A stretch of DNA of 64,000 bases, taken from the NCBI GenBank assembly GCA_034007295.1, contig JAVERC010000002.1:82256-146255 (forward strand), given 5' to 3'. Within the stretch, counting starts at the first letter, position 1. Each line of letters starts with the position of its first letter. The DNA is from Desulforegulaceae bacterium (lineage in GTDB: Bacteria; Desulfobacterota; Desulfobacteria; Desulfobacterales; JACKCP01). The notes beneath the pieces are model-generated. The model was not told the origin of the DNA and did not search any database. It saw only the letters and a program-made list of their open reading frames with translations. Made by a program: the position numbers and the translations under genes. Of the stretch, positions 27,978-38,279 are shown one piece after another.

Positions 27978-28859
27978 ATGATTTCAAGTATGACCTCATA
28001 TGCAAGATCTGAGAAAATAAATGAGAATATTAAAATATTTGTTGAAGCAAGAACCTATAACAGCAGATTCCTTGATATATCATTAAAAATTTCTTCTGAT
28101 TTTACAGACTTAGAAGAAATAATCAAAAAAAGGATTTCAGCTGTTATATCAAGGGGCAGAGTAGAAATTAAGTTTCACATTGAAGATTTGAGTGAAAATG
28201 ATGCTTTGTTTTATTTGGATTACGCCAAAGCAAAGGCATATTATAATATGTATGAAAAACTTAAAAATGAGCTTGGGCTTTCAGAAGAAATTAAAATAGA
28301 ACAGATTTTAAAATCTGAAGGTGTGATAAAAAAAAATGACAAAAAGGATAATTCAAAATACCTTGGGCTTTTAAATGAAGTAATGGATGAAATGCTTTCT
28401 GACCTTGTAAAAATGAGGAAGGTAGAAGGTGAGGTTATTTACAATGATTTTTGTGAAAGGCTTACCTTTATAGAAGTATTGATGAAAGAAATTGAATCTG
28501 AATCTGAAAATGCCGCAAAGGAATATTTTGATAAGCTTAATTTAAAAATAAAAGAACTTGTTTGTTCATCAGATATGGAAATAGATCAGGCAAGGCTTGC
28601 ACAAGAAGCAGCTTTTCTTGCCGATAAAACAGATGTTTCTGAAGAAATTTTAAGAATTAAAAGTCATCTTGTTCAATTTAAAAAATATATGGATTCAAAT
28701 AATCCTCCAGGCAGAAATCTCAATTTTTTACTTCAGGAGCTTCATCGTGAAATAAACACCCTAGGTGTGAAGCAGGGGAATGTCCTTATTTCAAAAAATT
28801 GTGTTGAAATTAAATCTGAACTAGAAAAATTAAGGGAGCAGGTGCAAAATGTTGAATAA
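27978..28859 (+). CDS. yicC: YicC/YloC family protein
   Basis: 293 aa with N-terminal SMTSYAR and the C-terminal DUF1732-type motif GRNLNFLLQELHREINTLG. Confidence 0.85.
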   Translation: MISSMTSYARSEKINENIKIFVEARTYNSRFLDISLKISSDFTDLEEIIKKRISAVISRGRVEIKFHIEDLSENDALFYLDYAKAKAYYNMYEKLKNELGLSEEIKIEQILKSEGVIKKNDKKDNSKYLGLLNEVMDEMLSDLVKMRKVEGEVIYNDFCERLTFIEVLMKEIESESENAAKEYFDKLNLKIKELVCSSDMEIDQARLAQEAAFLADKTDVSEEILRIKSHLVQFKKYMDSNNPPGRNLNFLLQELHREINTLGVKQGNVLISKNCVEIKSELEKLREQVQNVE

Positions 28860-29059
28860 ATTCTAGATTTGTTTTAAAAAGGGTTGAAAATTAAAATTAA
28901 ACCCTGAATTAATAATTTAAAATAAGTTATTTATTCGTGTTCTCTTTTTTTTGCATTTTTTCATAAAATTTTTAAAAAACAGATTGATATGTAAGGAGGT
29001 CTAAATAAATTTTTATTCTTTTTTATAAATAATCAATCGAACTTTAAGGGCTTGTTATA

Positions 29060-29404
29060 ATGACTAATTCGTCCATAGGGAAAAATTTATCCCTGAAATT
29101 AAAATCAAATCAGCTTCTTTTAAACATTGGTTTTGGAAGTACAGTTGTAGCTGAGCGTGTTGTGGCAATTTTATCTCCTAACTCTGCACCAATGAAAAGG
29201 CTTAAAGACGATGCAAGAGATGACAGACGGCTTGTTGATGCTACACATGGGAGAAGAACTAGATCCATTATTATTTTGGACAGTAATCATGTTGTTTTAT
29301 CTGCAATTCAGGCTGAAACAATTTCCCATAGATATGCTGCACTAACTGAACATAAAGAAGAACCTGCAAGTTTGGATGATGAAGAAGTAGAAGAGGTGGA
29401 TTAA
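29060..29404 (+). CDS. DUF370 / RemA-like protein
   Basis: Core [34 protein letters not shown]...[31 protein letters not shown]. It carries an acidic C-terminal tail. The yicC-remA-gmk arrangement is conserved. Confidence 0.8.
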   Translation: MTNSSIGKNLSLKLKSNQLLLNIGFGSTVVAERVVAILSPNSAPMKRLKDDARDDRRLVDATHGRRTRSIIILDSNHVVLSAIQAETISHRYAALTEHKEEPASLDDEEVEEVD

Positions 29405-29961
29405 TGACAGGAAAAATTTTTGTGATTTCAGCACCTTCTGGTGCAGGTAAATCAACGCTTTGTAATTATCTGCTTGATGAAATGAAAGAACTTTCATTTT
29501 CTGTTTCATATACAACAAGAGAAGCTAGAAAAAATGAAACAGATGGAAAAGATTATTTTTTTATTGATAAAAATAGATTTGAAAATTGGATTAATGAAGA
29601 AAGATTTATTGAGTATGCCTTTGTTCACGGAAATTATTACGGCACATCAAAGGATTATCTGCAAAAGTCCATAAATGAAGGGAAAAATATTATTCTTGAA
29701 ATAGATGTTCAGGGTGCAAAGCAGATAAGGGAAAAATTTGATAACGCAGTTCTTATATTTATTAATCCTCCTTCTTTTGAGGAACTTAAAAAAAGACTTA
29801 TAAACAGAGGCACTGACAGCGAAGAAATTATAAAGCAAAGGCTTGAAGCTGCAGAAAATGAAATGAATGCTTCAAAGTTTTTTGATCATATTGTTGTAAA
29901 TGATGACTTTGAAAAAGCATCAAAAGAATTAAAAAACCTAATTAAAGATTATATTCCCTGA
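29404..29961 (+). CDS. gmk: guanylate kinase
   Basis: 185 aa: ISAPSGAGKSTL, SYTTREAR, GNYYGT. Confidence 0.92.
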   Translation: MTGKIFVISAPSGAGKSTLCNYLLDEMKELSFSVSYTTREARKNETDGKDYFFIDKNRFENWINEERFIEYAFVHGNYYGTSKDYLQKSINEGKNIILEIDVQGAKQIREKFDNAVLIFINPPSFEELKKRLINRGTDSEEIIKQRLEAAENEMNASKFFDHIVVNDDFEKASKELKNLIKDYIP

Positions 29962-29972
29962 AAGAAAAACCA

Positions 29973-30704
29973 ATGGCAGAAAATGAATTTATATTTGGTC
30001 GACATAGTGTACTTGCTGCAATAAAAGCAGAAAAAAGGAAAATAAATAAAATTTATATATCTGAGAAAAACAGTTTTTCAGATGAAATTTATTTTGAGGC
30101 CGATAAAAGAAATATCCAGGTTATATCAGCTGATAAGGATAAAATATCAGCACTTACCAAAGCCAAAAATCACCAGGGGATTGCAGCAGATGTAGGTTTG
30201 CTTCCATTCCTTGATTTTGATGAATTTTTAAATTCAAAAATATTTCAAAATAAGTTTGCAGTAATTCTTGACAGCCTTGAAGACCCATTAAATCTTGGCT
30301 CAATAGCACGTTCTGCACTTTGTCTTGGAGCAGATGTTCTTATTATTCCAAAGGACAGGTCTGTTCGTCCAACACCTTTTGCATCAAAAATTTCAGCAGG
30401 TGCACTTGAATATATCCCACTGATTGTCCAGACAAATATTGTAAATACAATAAAAGATCTTAAAACAAACGGTTTCTGGATAGGCGGGCTTGACGGGGAT
30501 GGCAGTGATACAATTGAAAATTCTTCAATAACACCGCCATTTGCACTTGTTGTTGGCAGCGAAGGAAAAGGTATAAGGCCTCTTGTTAGAAAAAATCTTG
30601 ATTTTGTGTTTAAAATTGAGCAAACAGGCCCTGTTACATCTCTTAATGCATCTTCAGCTGCAGCAATTGGAATTTATGAGTGTGCAAAAAAAATAAAATT
30701 TTAG
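29973..30704 (+). CDS. rlmB: 23S rRNA 2'-O-methyltransferase, SpoU/TrmH family (RlmB-like)
   Basis: 243 aa: LDSLEDPLNLGSIARSA, LVVGSEGKGIR, SLNASSAAAI. Confidence 0.8.
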   Translation: MAENEFIFGRHSVLAAIKAEKRKINKIYISEKNSFSDEIYFEADKRNIQVISADKDKISALTKAKNHQGIAADVGLLPFLDFDEFLNSKIFQNKFAVILDSLEDPLNLGSIARSALCLGADVLIIPKDRSVRPTPFASKISAGALEYIPLIVQTNIVNTIKDLKTNGFWIGGLDGDGSDTIENSSITPPFALVVGSEGKGIRPLVRKNLDFVFKIEQTGPVTSLNASSAAAIGIYECAKKIKF

Positions 30705-30707
30705 TTT

Positions 30708-31970
30708 TTATTGTAAAATTTCATTTTTATCAAATGCTTGAATAATTTTTCCTGAAAGATAAATAGAGCCTGCAACACAAATGATATCGTTTTTTGATGC
30801 TATTTCAATTGCTTTTAAACATGCCTTTACAGGGTCTTTTTCAATTATTGAATTAATTTTTGTTAAATTTTTAAGCTCAATTGGATCAAGTGCCCTTGGC
30901 GAGTCTGGTTTTGTAAAAATAAAGGTTTTTGACAAAGGCTCAAGAATTTTTAAATTTTTTAAATAATCTTTGTCATTTAAAGATCCAAATACAAAAATTA
31001 TTTTTTGATTTTCCCCTTCAAGGTATTCTCTTAAGACCCTGCAGGAATCAGGGTTATGAGCACAGTCAACAATTAATTTGGGAGAGTTTAAAAATTTTTC
31101 CAGTCTTCCTCTCCATGATGTTTTTTTTATGGCAGCTTCTATGAGGCTTTTTTTTAAATCAAATATTTCTGGATAAAATTCATTGAGTTTAAGGCATGCA
31201 AATGCTGCAACACCAGAATTAATTATCTGGTGATATCCTTTAAGGTTTGGTGAAAGTTCAATTTTTTCATTGCAGTCAAGAAAAAAAATATTTTCTTGCT
31301 TTGTTATTTTAAAATCTGAATTGATAATAAATAAATCAGATTTTTTAAAATCGGATTCTTTTTTAAGAATTTCAATTATATTGGCGGCTGTTTCTCCGGT
31401 CACAACAGGAATGTTATCTTTAATAATTCCGGCTTTTTCTTTTGCAATAAGTTCAATTTTATCACCTAGAAAATCACTGTGATCCATGGTTACATTTGTT
31501 ATTACAGATAAATGGGGGTTAATTACATTGGTTGAATCAAAACGCCCACCCATTCCTGTTTCAATAACTGCTGCATCAATTTTGTTTTCTTCAAAATATT
31601 TAAATGCAAGTGCTGTTGTAAATTCAAAAAAAGTTGCTTTTCTATTTCCTGTATCATTTTTTTCTATTATTTCAAATAGTCTTAATAGAGAATCATTATC
31701 TATCATTTCCCCTGATATTTTTATTCTTTCCCTGAAATCATAAAGATGAGGGGAGGTGTAAAGACCTGTTTTGAAACCATGATAACTTAATATTTGTTCA
31801 ATATAAGAAGCAGTTGAACCTTTAGCATTTGTTCCAGCAATATGAATGCTTATAAATTTATCCTGTGGGTTACCAAGATTTTGAAGAAGATTTTTGGTAA
31901 TTTCAAGCCCAGGTTTAATCCCTGAAGCTGTTTTTGAAAAAAGAAAGTTTAATTTTGAATTTATGTCCAT
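30708..31970 (-). CDS. folC: bifunctional folylpolyglutamate synthase / dihydrofolate synthase
   Basis: 420 aa Mur-ligase fold: IAGTNAKGST, ETGMGGRFD, DCAHNPD. Confidence 0.88.
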   Translation of the reverse strand: MDINSKLNFLFSKTASGIKPGLEITKNLLQNLGNPQDKFISIHIAGTNAKGSTASYIEQILSYHGFKTGLYTSPHLYDFRERIKISGEMIDNDSLLRLFEIIEKNDTGNRKATFFEFTTALAFKYFEENKIDAAVIETGMGGRFDSTNVINPHLSVITNVTMDHSDFLGDKIELIAKEKAGIIKDNIPVVTGETAANIIEILKKESDFKKSDLFIINSDFKITKQENIFFLDCNEKIELSPNLKGYHQIINSGVAAFACLKLNEFYPEIFDLKKSLIEAAIKKTSWRGRLEKFLNSPKLIVDCAHNPDSCRVLREYLEGENQKIIFVFGSLNDKDYLKNLKILEPLSKTFIFTKPDSPRALDPIELKNLTKINSIIEKDPVKACLKAIEIASKNDIICVAGSIYLSGKIIQAFDKNEILQ

Positions 31971-32070
31971 AGAATTATCGTAATCAGTTTTAAACTAATA
32001 AATAGTGACTGCCAAAAAACAGCAGTTTTAGTTTAAGGCTTATAAATAGGATTTGTAATCAATTTAGAAA

Positions 32071-32096
32071 TAAAAAACCCGGCCATAAGACCGGGC
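32071..32096 (-). terminator. intrinsic terminator after rpsU
   Basis: The minus-strand RNA reads CCCGGUC UUAU GGCCGGG, a 7-bp stem including one G-U pair that exists only on the minus strand, followed by U6. Confidence 0.7.
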
Positions 32097-32127
32097 TTTT
32101 AAAACTTAAACAAAGGATATTTTAAAT

Positions 32128-32346
32128 CTATTTTCTAAAACTTCTGCGTTTTGAATCCGCAATGCGCTGACGGCGTCTTGCTTCACGCATTTTACGTCTT
32201 TTAAGCTCGTTTGGCTTTTCATAATATTTTTTAAGACGAAGACGCTTGAAAAGTCCGTCATTCTGGATTTTTTTCTTAAGTACTTTAAGAGCTTTTTCCA
32301 GATCTTCATCATGAACTTTAACTTCGATATCCTTCAAGTAAATCAC
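32128..32346 (-). CDS. rpsU: 30S ribosomal protein S21
   Basis: Basic small protein ...EKALKVLKKKIQNDGLFKRLRLKKYYEKPNELKRRK.... The track start is GTG 32346. An in-frame TTG at 32337 has better spacing from AAAGGGG. Confidence 0.9.
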   Translation of the reverse strand: MIYLKDIEVKVHDEDLEKALKVLKKKIQNDGLFKRLRLKKYYEKPNELKRRKMREARRRQRIADSKRRSFRK

Positions 32347-32404
32347 CCCTTTGCATAGATTTTTTTAAACTTTATAGGTGTACTACAAGGATTAATATTT
32401 TGCA

Positions 32405-32431
32405 ATAAAAAACCGCAGATAATCTGCGGTT
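32405..32431 (-). terminator. intrinsic terminator after adk
   Basis: ACCGCAG / CTGCGGT 7-bp stem with a 5-nt loop. The minus-strand RNA is followed by a U-run. Confidence 0.7.
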
Positions 32432-32441
32432 TGATTTTAAA

Positions 32442-33116
32442 TTAGTCAAGAGCTTTCATAAGAGCTTCTTTAACTGTATTTATAGGTGCATCGCCTTCAA
32501 GAACTATATATTTTGTTTCACCTTTATCAGCAAGAGCCTTGAAGTAGTATGCTGATGCAAGAGTACCGTTTGTTTCATCATAGTAAATATCATGACGCTT
32601 GTTTATTGCTGCTTCATCCTGGTCGTCTGCACGAGTTGAAAGTGCACCGCCACAAACTCTGCACTTGTCGCCGTCAGGTTTGATAGCATCTATATTAACA
32701 TTGTTTGGGTGTCCGTTGTCATTTTCACAAAGTCTTCTGCCCATGATTCTTCCCTTGGCAATTTCTCTGTCAAGCTTGATTTCTACAACATAGTCAAGCT
32801 TCATGCCGGCAGCCTTAAGTGCTTCATCAAGTTTTTCTGCCTGTACTTTGTTTCTTGGGAAGCCGTCTAGAAGCCATCCGCCTGCATTTTCAGGTTTTTT
32901 AAGTGTATCAAGGATCATTGGGATGGTAATTTCATCAGGAACAAGATCGCCTTTGTCTATAAATGCTTTGGCTTTTTTACCAAGCTCGGTTCCGCCTTTG
33001 ATGTTTTCACGGAAAATACCGCCTGATTCAATGTGGGAAACATTGTATTTGCCTTTAATAAGTGATGCCTGAGTTCCTTTTCCACCGCCGTTTGGTGCAA
33101 AAATAAGGATGTTCAT
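32442..33116 (-). CDS. adk: adenylate kinase
   Basis: 224 aa: P-loop GAPNGGGKGTQ and a long LID region with CxxC (CRVCGG). Confidence 0.93.
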   Translation of the reverse strand: MNILIFAPNGGGKGTQASLIKGKYNVSHIESGGIFRENIKGGTELGKKAKAFIDKGDLVPDEITIPMILDTLKKPENAGGWLLDGFPRNKVQAEKLDEALKAAGMKLDYVVEIKLDREIAKGRIMGRRLCENDNGHPNNVNIDAIKPDGDKCRVCGGALSTRADDQDEAAINKRHDIYYDETNGTLASAYYFKALADKGETKYIVLEGDAPINTVKEALMKALD

Positions 33117-33405
33117 AATTTCTCCTTTTTTTAAAAAAATAATAATGTTTTATACTTAATTAAGTTAAATATTAAATTCAGCCTTTTTCAGGCAGTTTTT
33201 TTAAATCAAAAAGTTTTTAAGTCTAAGTTTAAAAATCAAATTTTTAGCACTTATTTAAAAAAATTAACTAATAAGATAAGTTTTTTTTGTCAAGCAAGAT
33301 TAAACTTGTCACATATATTAGTTTTTTTATTTATTGTAAATGGCTTAATTTCTAATTGATGGTTTTTTAATATGATAAATAAATTAAAATTTTTAAAAAA
33401 AAATC

Positions 33406-33433
33406 TTGCAATGAATTGAGATTATAGTATTAA
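33406..33433 (+). promoter_or_regulatory. sigma70-like promoter candidate for coaE
   Basis: TTGCAA, 16 nt spacer, TATTAA, about 40 nt upstream of coaE. Confidence 0.4.
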
Positions 33434-33473
33434 AACTTTTGATAAATTTATATGCTGCATCAGGGAGGAAAAT

Positions 33474-34064
33474 TTGGTTCGCATAGGATTGACAGGCGGG
33501 CCTGGCAGCGGAAAATCTACTGTTGCTAAAATTTTTAAAAGGCAGAATACAGCATTTTCAGATCTAGATCACCTTTCTAGAATTGCAGTGGAACCGGGGC
33601 GGCCTGCATTTAATAAAATAGTTGAATATTTTGGAAAATCTGCAGTTAATGATTCAGGTGATCTTGACAGGGCTTTTTTAAGAGACAGACTTATAAAAAA
33701 TCCAGGGGACAAAAAGGTTTTAGAAGAAGTAATTCATCCTGAGGTATTTAGGCTCCTTGCACTTGAAGAAGAAAACTATCTTAAGGCTGGAGAAAAAATT
33801 TTTTGCGTTGAAGCACCCTTGCTTTTTGAAGCTGGAATGGAAGATTATTTTGACTATATAGTGACTGTTTACTGTTCAAAGGATTTACAGATAAAAAGAG
33901 TTATAGAACGGGATGGTCAGTCATATGAAAGTGCAAAAGGTCTAGTTGATTCTCAGATCTCTCTTGACAAAAAAGCTCATAATTCTGATTTTGTAATTTA
34001 TAATGAAAACGGTATTGATGGGCTTGAAAAACAAGTGTTGGAAATTCTGAAACAATTGAATTAA
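33474..34064 (+). CDS. coaE: dephospho-CoA kinase
   Basis: 196 aa: IGLTGGPGSGKST. TTG start preceded by AGGGAGGA. Confidence 0.88.
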   Translation: MVRIGLTGGPGSGKSTVAKIFKRQNTAFSDLDHLSRIAVEPGRPAFNKIVEYFGKSAVNDSGDLDRAFLRDRLIKNPGDKKVLEEVIHPEVFRLLALEEENYLKAGEKIFCVEAPLLFEAGMEDYFDYIVTVYCSKDLQIKRVIERDGQSYESAKGLVDSQISLDKKAHNSDFVIYNENGIDGLEKQVLEILKQLN

Positions 34065-34255
34065 ACCCTTGACTTTGCTTGGTAAATAATTTAGCTTAGG
34101 CAAATAACCTGCCGTCATGTTTGTAAAAACAAAATAAGGTTCTTCCTGAAAATAAATTCATCATAAATATAATGGCATAAATCAATTAGTTTTGTTGGAA
34201 TCAATCCGTAATAATTTATTTAAAAATTACTTTATTAATCTTATTAGGTGGTTAA

Positions 34256-35560
34256 ATGAAATCTACTAGAACCAGCGGGCAAAAAAAACAGTCTTTGAAA
34301 ACTTTAGACTCGGTAAATTTAACATCTCTTAAAAGGATGTCAGTCCCGGATCTTGCTTCTTTAGCTAAAAGCTATGGAATAGACTGTCCTGCAGGAATGC
34401 TGAAGCAGGAGCTTATTTTTGCACTTCTCCAGCATCATATTGACAAAAACGGAGCAATATACGGAGAAGGTACGCTTGAAGTTCTTCCAGATGGCTTTGG
34501 TTTTTTAAGAGCTCCTGACTATAATTATCTTCCAGGGCCGGATGATATTTATGTTTCTCCTTCTCAGATTCGAAAATTCAATCTTAGAACCGGAGATACA
34601 GTCTCAGGGCAGATAAGACAGCCAAAGGACACTGAAAGATATTTTGCACTTTTAAAAGTAGAAGCAATTAATTACGAAGATCCAAATATCGCCAGAGAAA
34701 AAACCCTTTTTGACAACCTGACTCCTCTTTATCCAGATCTGAAAATTCAGCTTGAATCAGCACCAGACAATTATTCAATGAGAATTATGGACCTTTTAGC
34801 CCCAATAGGATTTGGTCAGAGAGGTCTTATTGTATCGCCTCCAAGAGCTGGAAAAACAGTTCTTTTACAAAATATTGCAAACAGTATAATCGCACATCAC
34901 AGTCATGTGATTCCCATGGTTCTTCTTATAGATGAAAGACCTGAGGAAGTAACTGATATGGCAAGGAATGTTAATGCTGAAGTAATAAGCTCTACCTTTG
35001 ATGAACCTGCTGAACGTCACGTTCAGGTTGCTGAAATGGTTATTGAAAAAGCAAAAAGACTTGTTGAACATAAAAAAGATGTTGTTATTCTTCTTGATTC
35101 CATCACAAGACTTGCTAGAGCATACAACTCTGTGATACCACCAAGCGGAAAAGTTTTGTCAGGCGGTGTTGACTCCAATGCTCTTCACAGGCCAAAAAGA
35201 TTTTTCGGTGCTGCAAGAAATGTAGAAGAAGGCGGTAGTCTCACAATTATAGCAACAGCACTTATTGATACTGGCAGCAGAATGGACGAGGTTATTTTTG
35301 AAGAATTCAAGGGAACCGGCAATATGGAAATTGTTCTTGACAGAAAACTTGCTGACAGAAGGGTGTTCCCATCAATCGACATTAAGAAGTCGGGAACAAG
35401 AAAAGAGGACCTTCTACTTGACCAAAGTATTCTTAACAGGGTATGGATATTAAGAAAATTGCTGGCCAACTTAAATAGTGTTGACAGTATGGAATTTTTG
35501 ATTGATAAAATGGGCGGAACTTCAAATAATGAAGATTTCCTTGAATCAATGAACAACTAA
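34256..35560 (+). CDS. rho: transcription termination factor Rho
   Basis: 434 aa: GFGFLR, RNP-like motif, Walker A PPRAGKT, and the RecA-type ATPase core. Confidence 0.95.
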   Translation: MKSTRTSGQKKQSLKTLDSVNLTSLKRMSVPDLASLAKSYGIDCPAGMLKQELIFALLQHHIDKNGAIYGEGTLEVLPDGFGFLRAPDYNYLPGPDDIYVSPSQIRKFNLRTGDTVSGQIRQPKDTERYFALLKVEAINYEDPNIAREKTLFDNLTPLYPDLKIQLESAPDNYSMRIMDLLAPIGFGQRGLIVSPPRAGKTVLLQNIANSIIAHHSHVIPMVLLIDERPEEVTDMARNVNAEVISSTFDEPAERHVQVAEMVIEKAKRLVEHKKDVVILLDSITRLARAYNSVIPPSGKVLSGGVDSNALHRPKRFFGAARNVEEGGSLTIIATALIDTGSRMDEVIFEEFKGTGNMEIVLDRKLADRRVFPSIDIKKSGTRKEDLLLDQSILNRVWILRKLLANLNSVDSMEFLIDKMGGTSNNEDFLESMNN

Positions 35561-35636
35561 TGATTTAATGGGAATTGTAGTTTTTTTGTTCAATTTTTAA
35601 TTGAAAAATAAAATAATGTTATACAGGAGAAAGAAA

Positions 35637-35858
35637 ATGAAGCAGGGAATTCATCCTGAATATGGAAAAACAAAAATAACATGTGCCTGTGGCAATGTTT
35701 TGGAAGTAGGGTCTGCAAAAAAAGATATGAATGTGGAAATTTGTTCAAAATGTCATCCTTTTTTTACAGGAAAGCAGAAACTTGTTGATACTGAAGGCCG
35801 TGTTGATAGATTCAGAAAAAAATTCGGCGATTACAAGGACAAGCTTACAAAAAAATAA
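35637..35858 (+). CDS. rpmE: 50S ribosomal protein L31
   Basis: MKQGIHPEY...CxC...[11 protein letters not shown] prefer the ATG at 35637 (AGGAGA upstream); the track ORF starts at 35601. Confidence 0.92.
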   Translation: MKQGIHPEYGKTKITCACGNVLEVGSAKKDMNVEICSKCHPFFTGKQKLVDTEGRVDRFRKKFGDYKDKLTKK

Positions 35859-35880
35859 ATTTTTTTGTCAAACTTATGAA

Positions 35881-35918
35881 AAAGCGTTCTCTTTTTATTT
35901 TTAAAGAACGCTTTTTTT
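35881..35918 (+). terminator. intrinsic terminator after rpmE
   Basis: AAAGCGTTCT / AGAACGCTTT 10-bp stem followed by a T-run. Confidence 0.8.
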
Positions 35919-35940
35919 CTTTTTTACGGATGTGTAAATT

Positions 35941-37008
35941 ATGTACGAAAAACTTGAAGGCGTTCTTGATAGATTTGAGCAGCTTGAGCAGCTGCTAAGT
36001 GACCCAGATGTAATTAAGGACAGAGAAAACTATCAGAAATACATGAAAGAGCATGGTGAGCTTATTCTTCTTGTAGATAAATACAGGGAATATAAGGATA
36101 TCAATGCTGAAATAGCTGAGCATAAAGAACTTACAAAGGATAAAGATCCAGAAATAAGAGATCTTGCGTATGAAGAACTGCCAGATCTTGAGGAAGAAAA
36201 AGCAAAAATTTCAAAAGAACTTAAAATGCTTTTAATTCCAAAGGATCCAAATGACTCAAAGGATATTATTCTTGAAATAAGGGCAGGAACTGGCGGGGAT
36301 GAGGCAGGGCTTTTTGCAGCTGATCTTTTTAAGATGTACTCAAAGTATGCAGAATCTAAAAATATGAAAATTGAAATAATGGATGCCAGTTATTCCGGTG
36401 CCGGAGGTTTTAAGGAAGTAATTGCTCACATAAAAGGAAAAGACGCCTTCAGGATATTCAAATATGAAAGCGGAACTCACAGAGTTCAAAGAGTCCCTAC
36501 AACTGAAACCCAGGGAAGAATTCATACATCTGCTGTTACAGTTGCAATTTTACCTGAAGCTGAAGATGTTGATGTTCATATTGATCCCACAGATTTGAGG
36601 ATAGATTATTTCAGAGCAACAGGACCTGGCGGTCAGTCTGTTAATACAACAGATTCTGCTGTAAGAATAACCCATCTTCCTACAGGTGTTGTTGCAACCT
36701 GCCAGGATCAGAAATCTCAGCACAAGAATAAAGACAAGGCAATGAAAGTTTTAAAGGCAAGAATTCTTGATGCAATGATAACAGAGCAGAACCAAAAAAG
36801 ATCCCAGGACAGGAAAGAACAGGTAGGTACAGGTGACAGAAGCGGAAGAATACGTACATATAACTATCCCCAGGGAAGAGTTACAGACCACAGAATAAAT
36901 CTAACCCTTTATAAACTAGATCAGGTAATGGAAGGGGATGTTGATCCGCTCACAGATGCACTTCTTGCTCATTATAATGCAAAGGCTTTGCAGGATGAGC
37001 AGCAATAA
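35941..37008 (+). CDS. prfA: peptide chain release factor 1
   Basis: 355 aa with the PTT-type tripeptide region ([10 protein letters not shown]) and the GGQ motif (GPGGQSVN). Confidence 0.95.
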   Translation: MYEKLEGVLDRFEQLEQLLSDPDVIKDRENYQKYMKEHGELILLVDKYREYKDINAEIAEHKELTKDKDPEIRDLAYEELPDLEEEKAKISKELKMLLIPKDPNDSKDIILEIRAGTGGDEAGLFAADLFKMYSKYAESKNMKIEIMDASYSGAGGFKEVIAHIKGKDAFRIFKYESGTHRVQRVPTTETQGRIHTSAVTVAILPEAEDVDVHIDPTDLRIDYFRATGPGGQSVNTTDSAVRITHLPTGVVATCQDQKSQHKNKDKAMKVLKARILDAMITEQNQKRSQDRKEQVGTGDRSGRIRTYNYPQGRVTDHRINLTLYKLDQVMEGDVDPLTDALLAHYNAKALQDEQQ

Positions 37009-37891
37009 TAATGATAGTTCATCGGATAACTGGACAATTTCAAAAATTTTAAGCTGGACTGAATCTTACTTTAAATCGAAAAACATAGAATCTCCAAGGC
37101 TTGGGGCAGAACTTTTGTTATGCAGTGTTTTAAAGTGCTCAAGAATCAGTCTTTATACAAATTTTGACAAGCCTCTTTTGAAAAATGAACTTGAAATTTT
37201 TAAATCATTTATTAAAAGAAGAGTCGATTTTGAGCCGGTTTCTTATATTACTAATGAAAAATCTTTTTTTGATTTGGATTTTTATGTAAATTCAAATGTT
37301 TTGATCCCTCGTCCTGATACAGAAAAACTTATTGAAGTTGTGATTGAGCTGTTTTCTGACAGAAAAGAAGATAAACTCAAAATACTTGAGTTGGGGACTG
37401 GAAGCGGTATAATATCCGTTTGTCTTGCAAATTATTTTAAAAAAGCTTTTTTTGCTTCAGTAGATATTTCCATGGATGCATTAAGAACAGCAGAATTTAA
37501 TGCAGAAAAAAATAATGTTTTATCAAACATTTCTTTTATTAATTCAAGCTGGTTTTCAGGAATAAAGGAAAATAATTTTTTTGATCTGATTGTTTCAAAT
37601 CCTCCCTATATTAAAACTTCAGATATTGATCTTCTTCAGATAGAAATCAAAAAATATGAGCCTGTTTTAGCTCTTGACGGTGGAGAGGATGGGCTTTTCT
37701 GCATTCATGAAATAATAAAAAAAGCTGATAAGTTTTTAAAAAATAACGGATTTTTAATATTTGAAGCAGGATTTGACCAAAAAGAAGAAATAGAAAATCT
37801 GACAAGTAAAAATAAAAATTTATCGTTTATAGATATGATTAAAGATTATGGAAACAGGGACAGAGTGGCAGTTATTAAAAAATTTTATTAA
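36995..37891 (+). CDS. prmC: release factor glutamine N5-methyltransferase
   Basis: LGTGSG, NPPY. I prefer the ATG at 36995 (MSSNNND), overlapping prfA by 14 nt. The track ORF begins at 36938. Confidence 0.88.
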   Translation: MSSNNNDSSSDNWTISKILSWTESYFKSKNIESPRLGAELLLCSVLKCSRISLYTNFDKPLLKNELEIFKSFIKRRVDFEPVSYITNEKSFFDLDFYVNSNVLIPRPDTEKLIEVVIELFSDRKEDKLKILELGTGSGIISVCLANYFKKAFFASVDISMDALRTAEFNAEKNNVLSNISFINSSWFSGIKENNFFDLIVSNPPYIKTSDIDLLQIEIKKYEPVLALDGGEDGLFCIHEIIKKADKFLKNNGFLIFEAGFDQKEEIENLTSKNKNLSFIDMIKDYGNRDRVAVIKKFY

Positions 37892-37892
37892 G

Positions 37893-38036
37893 TAGTTGCT
37901 GAACGAAAACGGCCTTTTTTGTCCATTTTTAAGTTAGATTCAAAATTTAATTCTCAAAATGCTCAATGTATCCTAAAGGTTAAATTTTTCATCTTCCTTG
38001 AACTGAACAAAAAATTTTGTTTTCAGCTAATTGCTA
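37893..38036 (+). repeat. Family-A repeat, full-length copy A9
   Basis: It starts 1 nt after the prmC stop: TAGTTGCTGAACGAAAACGGCCTTTTTTGTCCATTTTTAAGTTAGATTCAAAATTTAATTCTCAAAATGCTCAATGTATCCTAAAGGTTAAATTTTTCATCTTCCTTGAACTGAACAAAAAATTTTGTTTTCAGCTAATTGCTA. Confidence 0.88.
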
Positions 38037-38143
38037 AGTAAAATAATGATTTTTTATTTAAAAAAATATTCTGGATATAGATTTTGAGTTTAGTCTGGAA
38101 TAAATAAAAAAAGAAAGTTTTTGTTTTACGGTAACTTAGTCTC

Positions 38144-38172
38144 TTGAAATTGAATACAATATTTGTTATTAA
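38144..38172 (+). promoter_or_regulatory. sigma70-like promoter candidate for rpsB-tsf
   Basis: TTGAAA, 17 nt spacer, TATTAA. This leaves a leader of about 100 nt. Confidence 0.5.
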
Positions 38173-38192
38173 AAGCTGTTTTACATAAAGCA

Positions 38193-38250
38193 CGCATTTT
38201 GATTTTTATCCCCGGTGCCTTAAAGGTTGGGATAAAAGGCGAAAGATGCG
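38193..38250 (+). promoter_or_regulatory. structured 5' leader of rpsB (nested helices)
   Basis: The inner 9-bp perfect helix is TTTTATCCC (38204-38212) / GGGATAAAA (38229-38237). The outer helix is CGCAT (38193-38197) / ATGCG (38246-38250). Confidence 0.35.
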
Positions 38251-38279
38251 GATGAATAACCAAACTAAGGAGAAAAAAT

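Noticed and set aside
36938-36994. Longer prmC start from the ORF track
   Set aside because: The extra 19 codons lie deep inside prfA and encode an implausible hydrophobic peptide. The ATG at 36995 gives the usual short prfA-prmC overlap.
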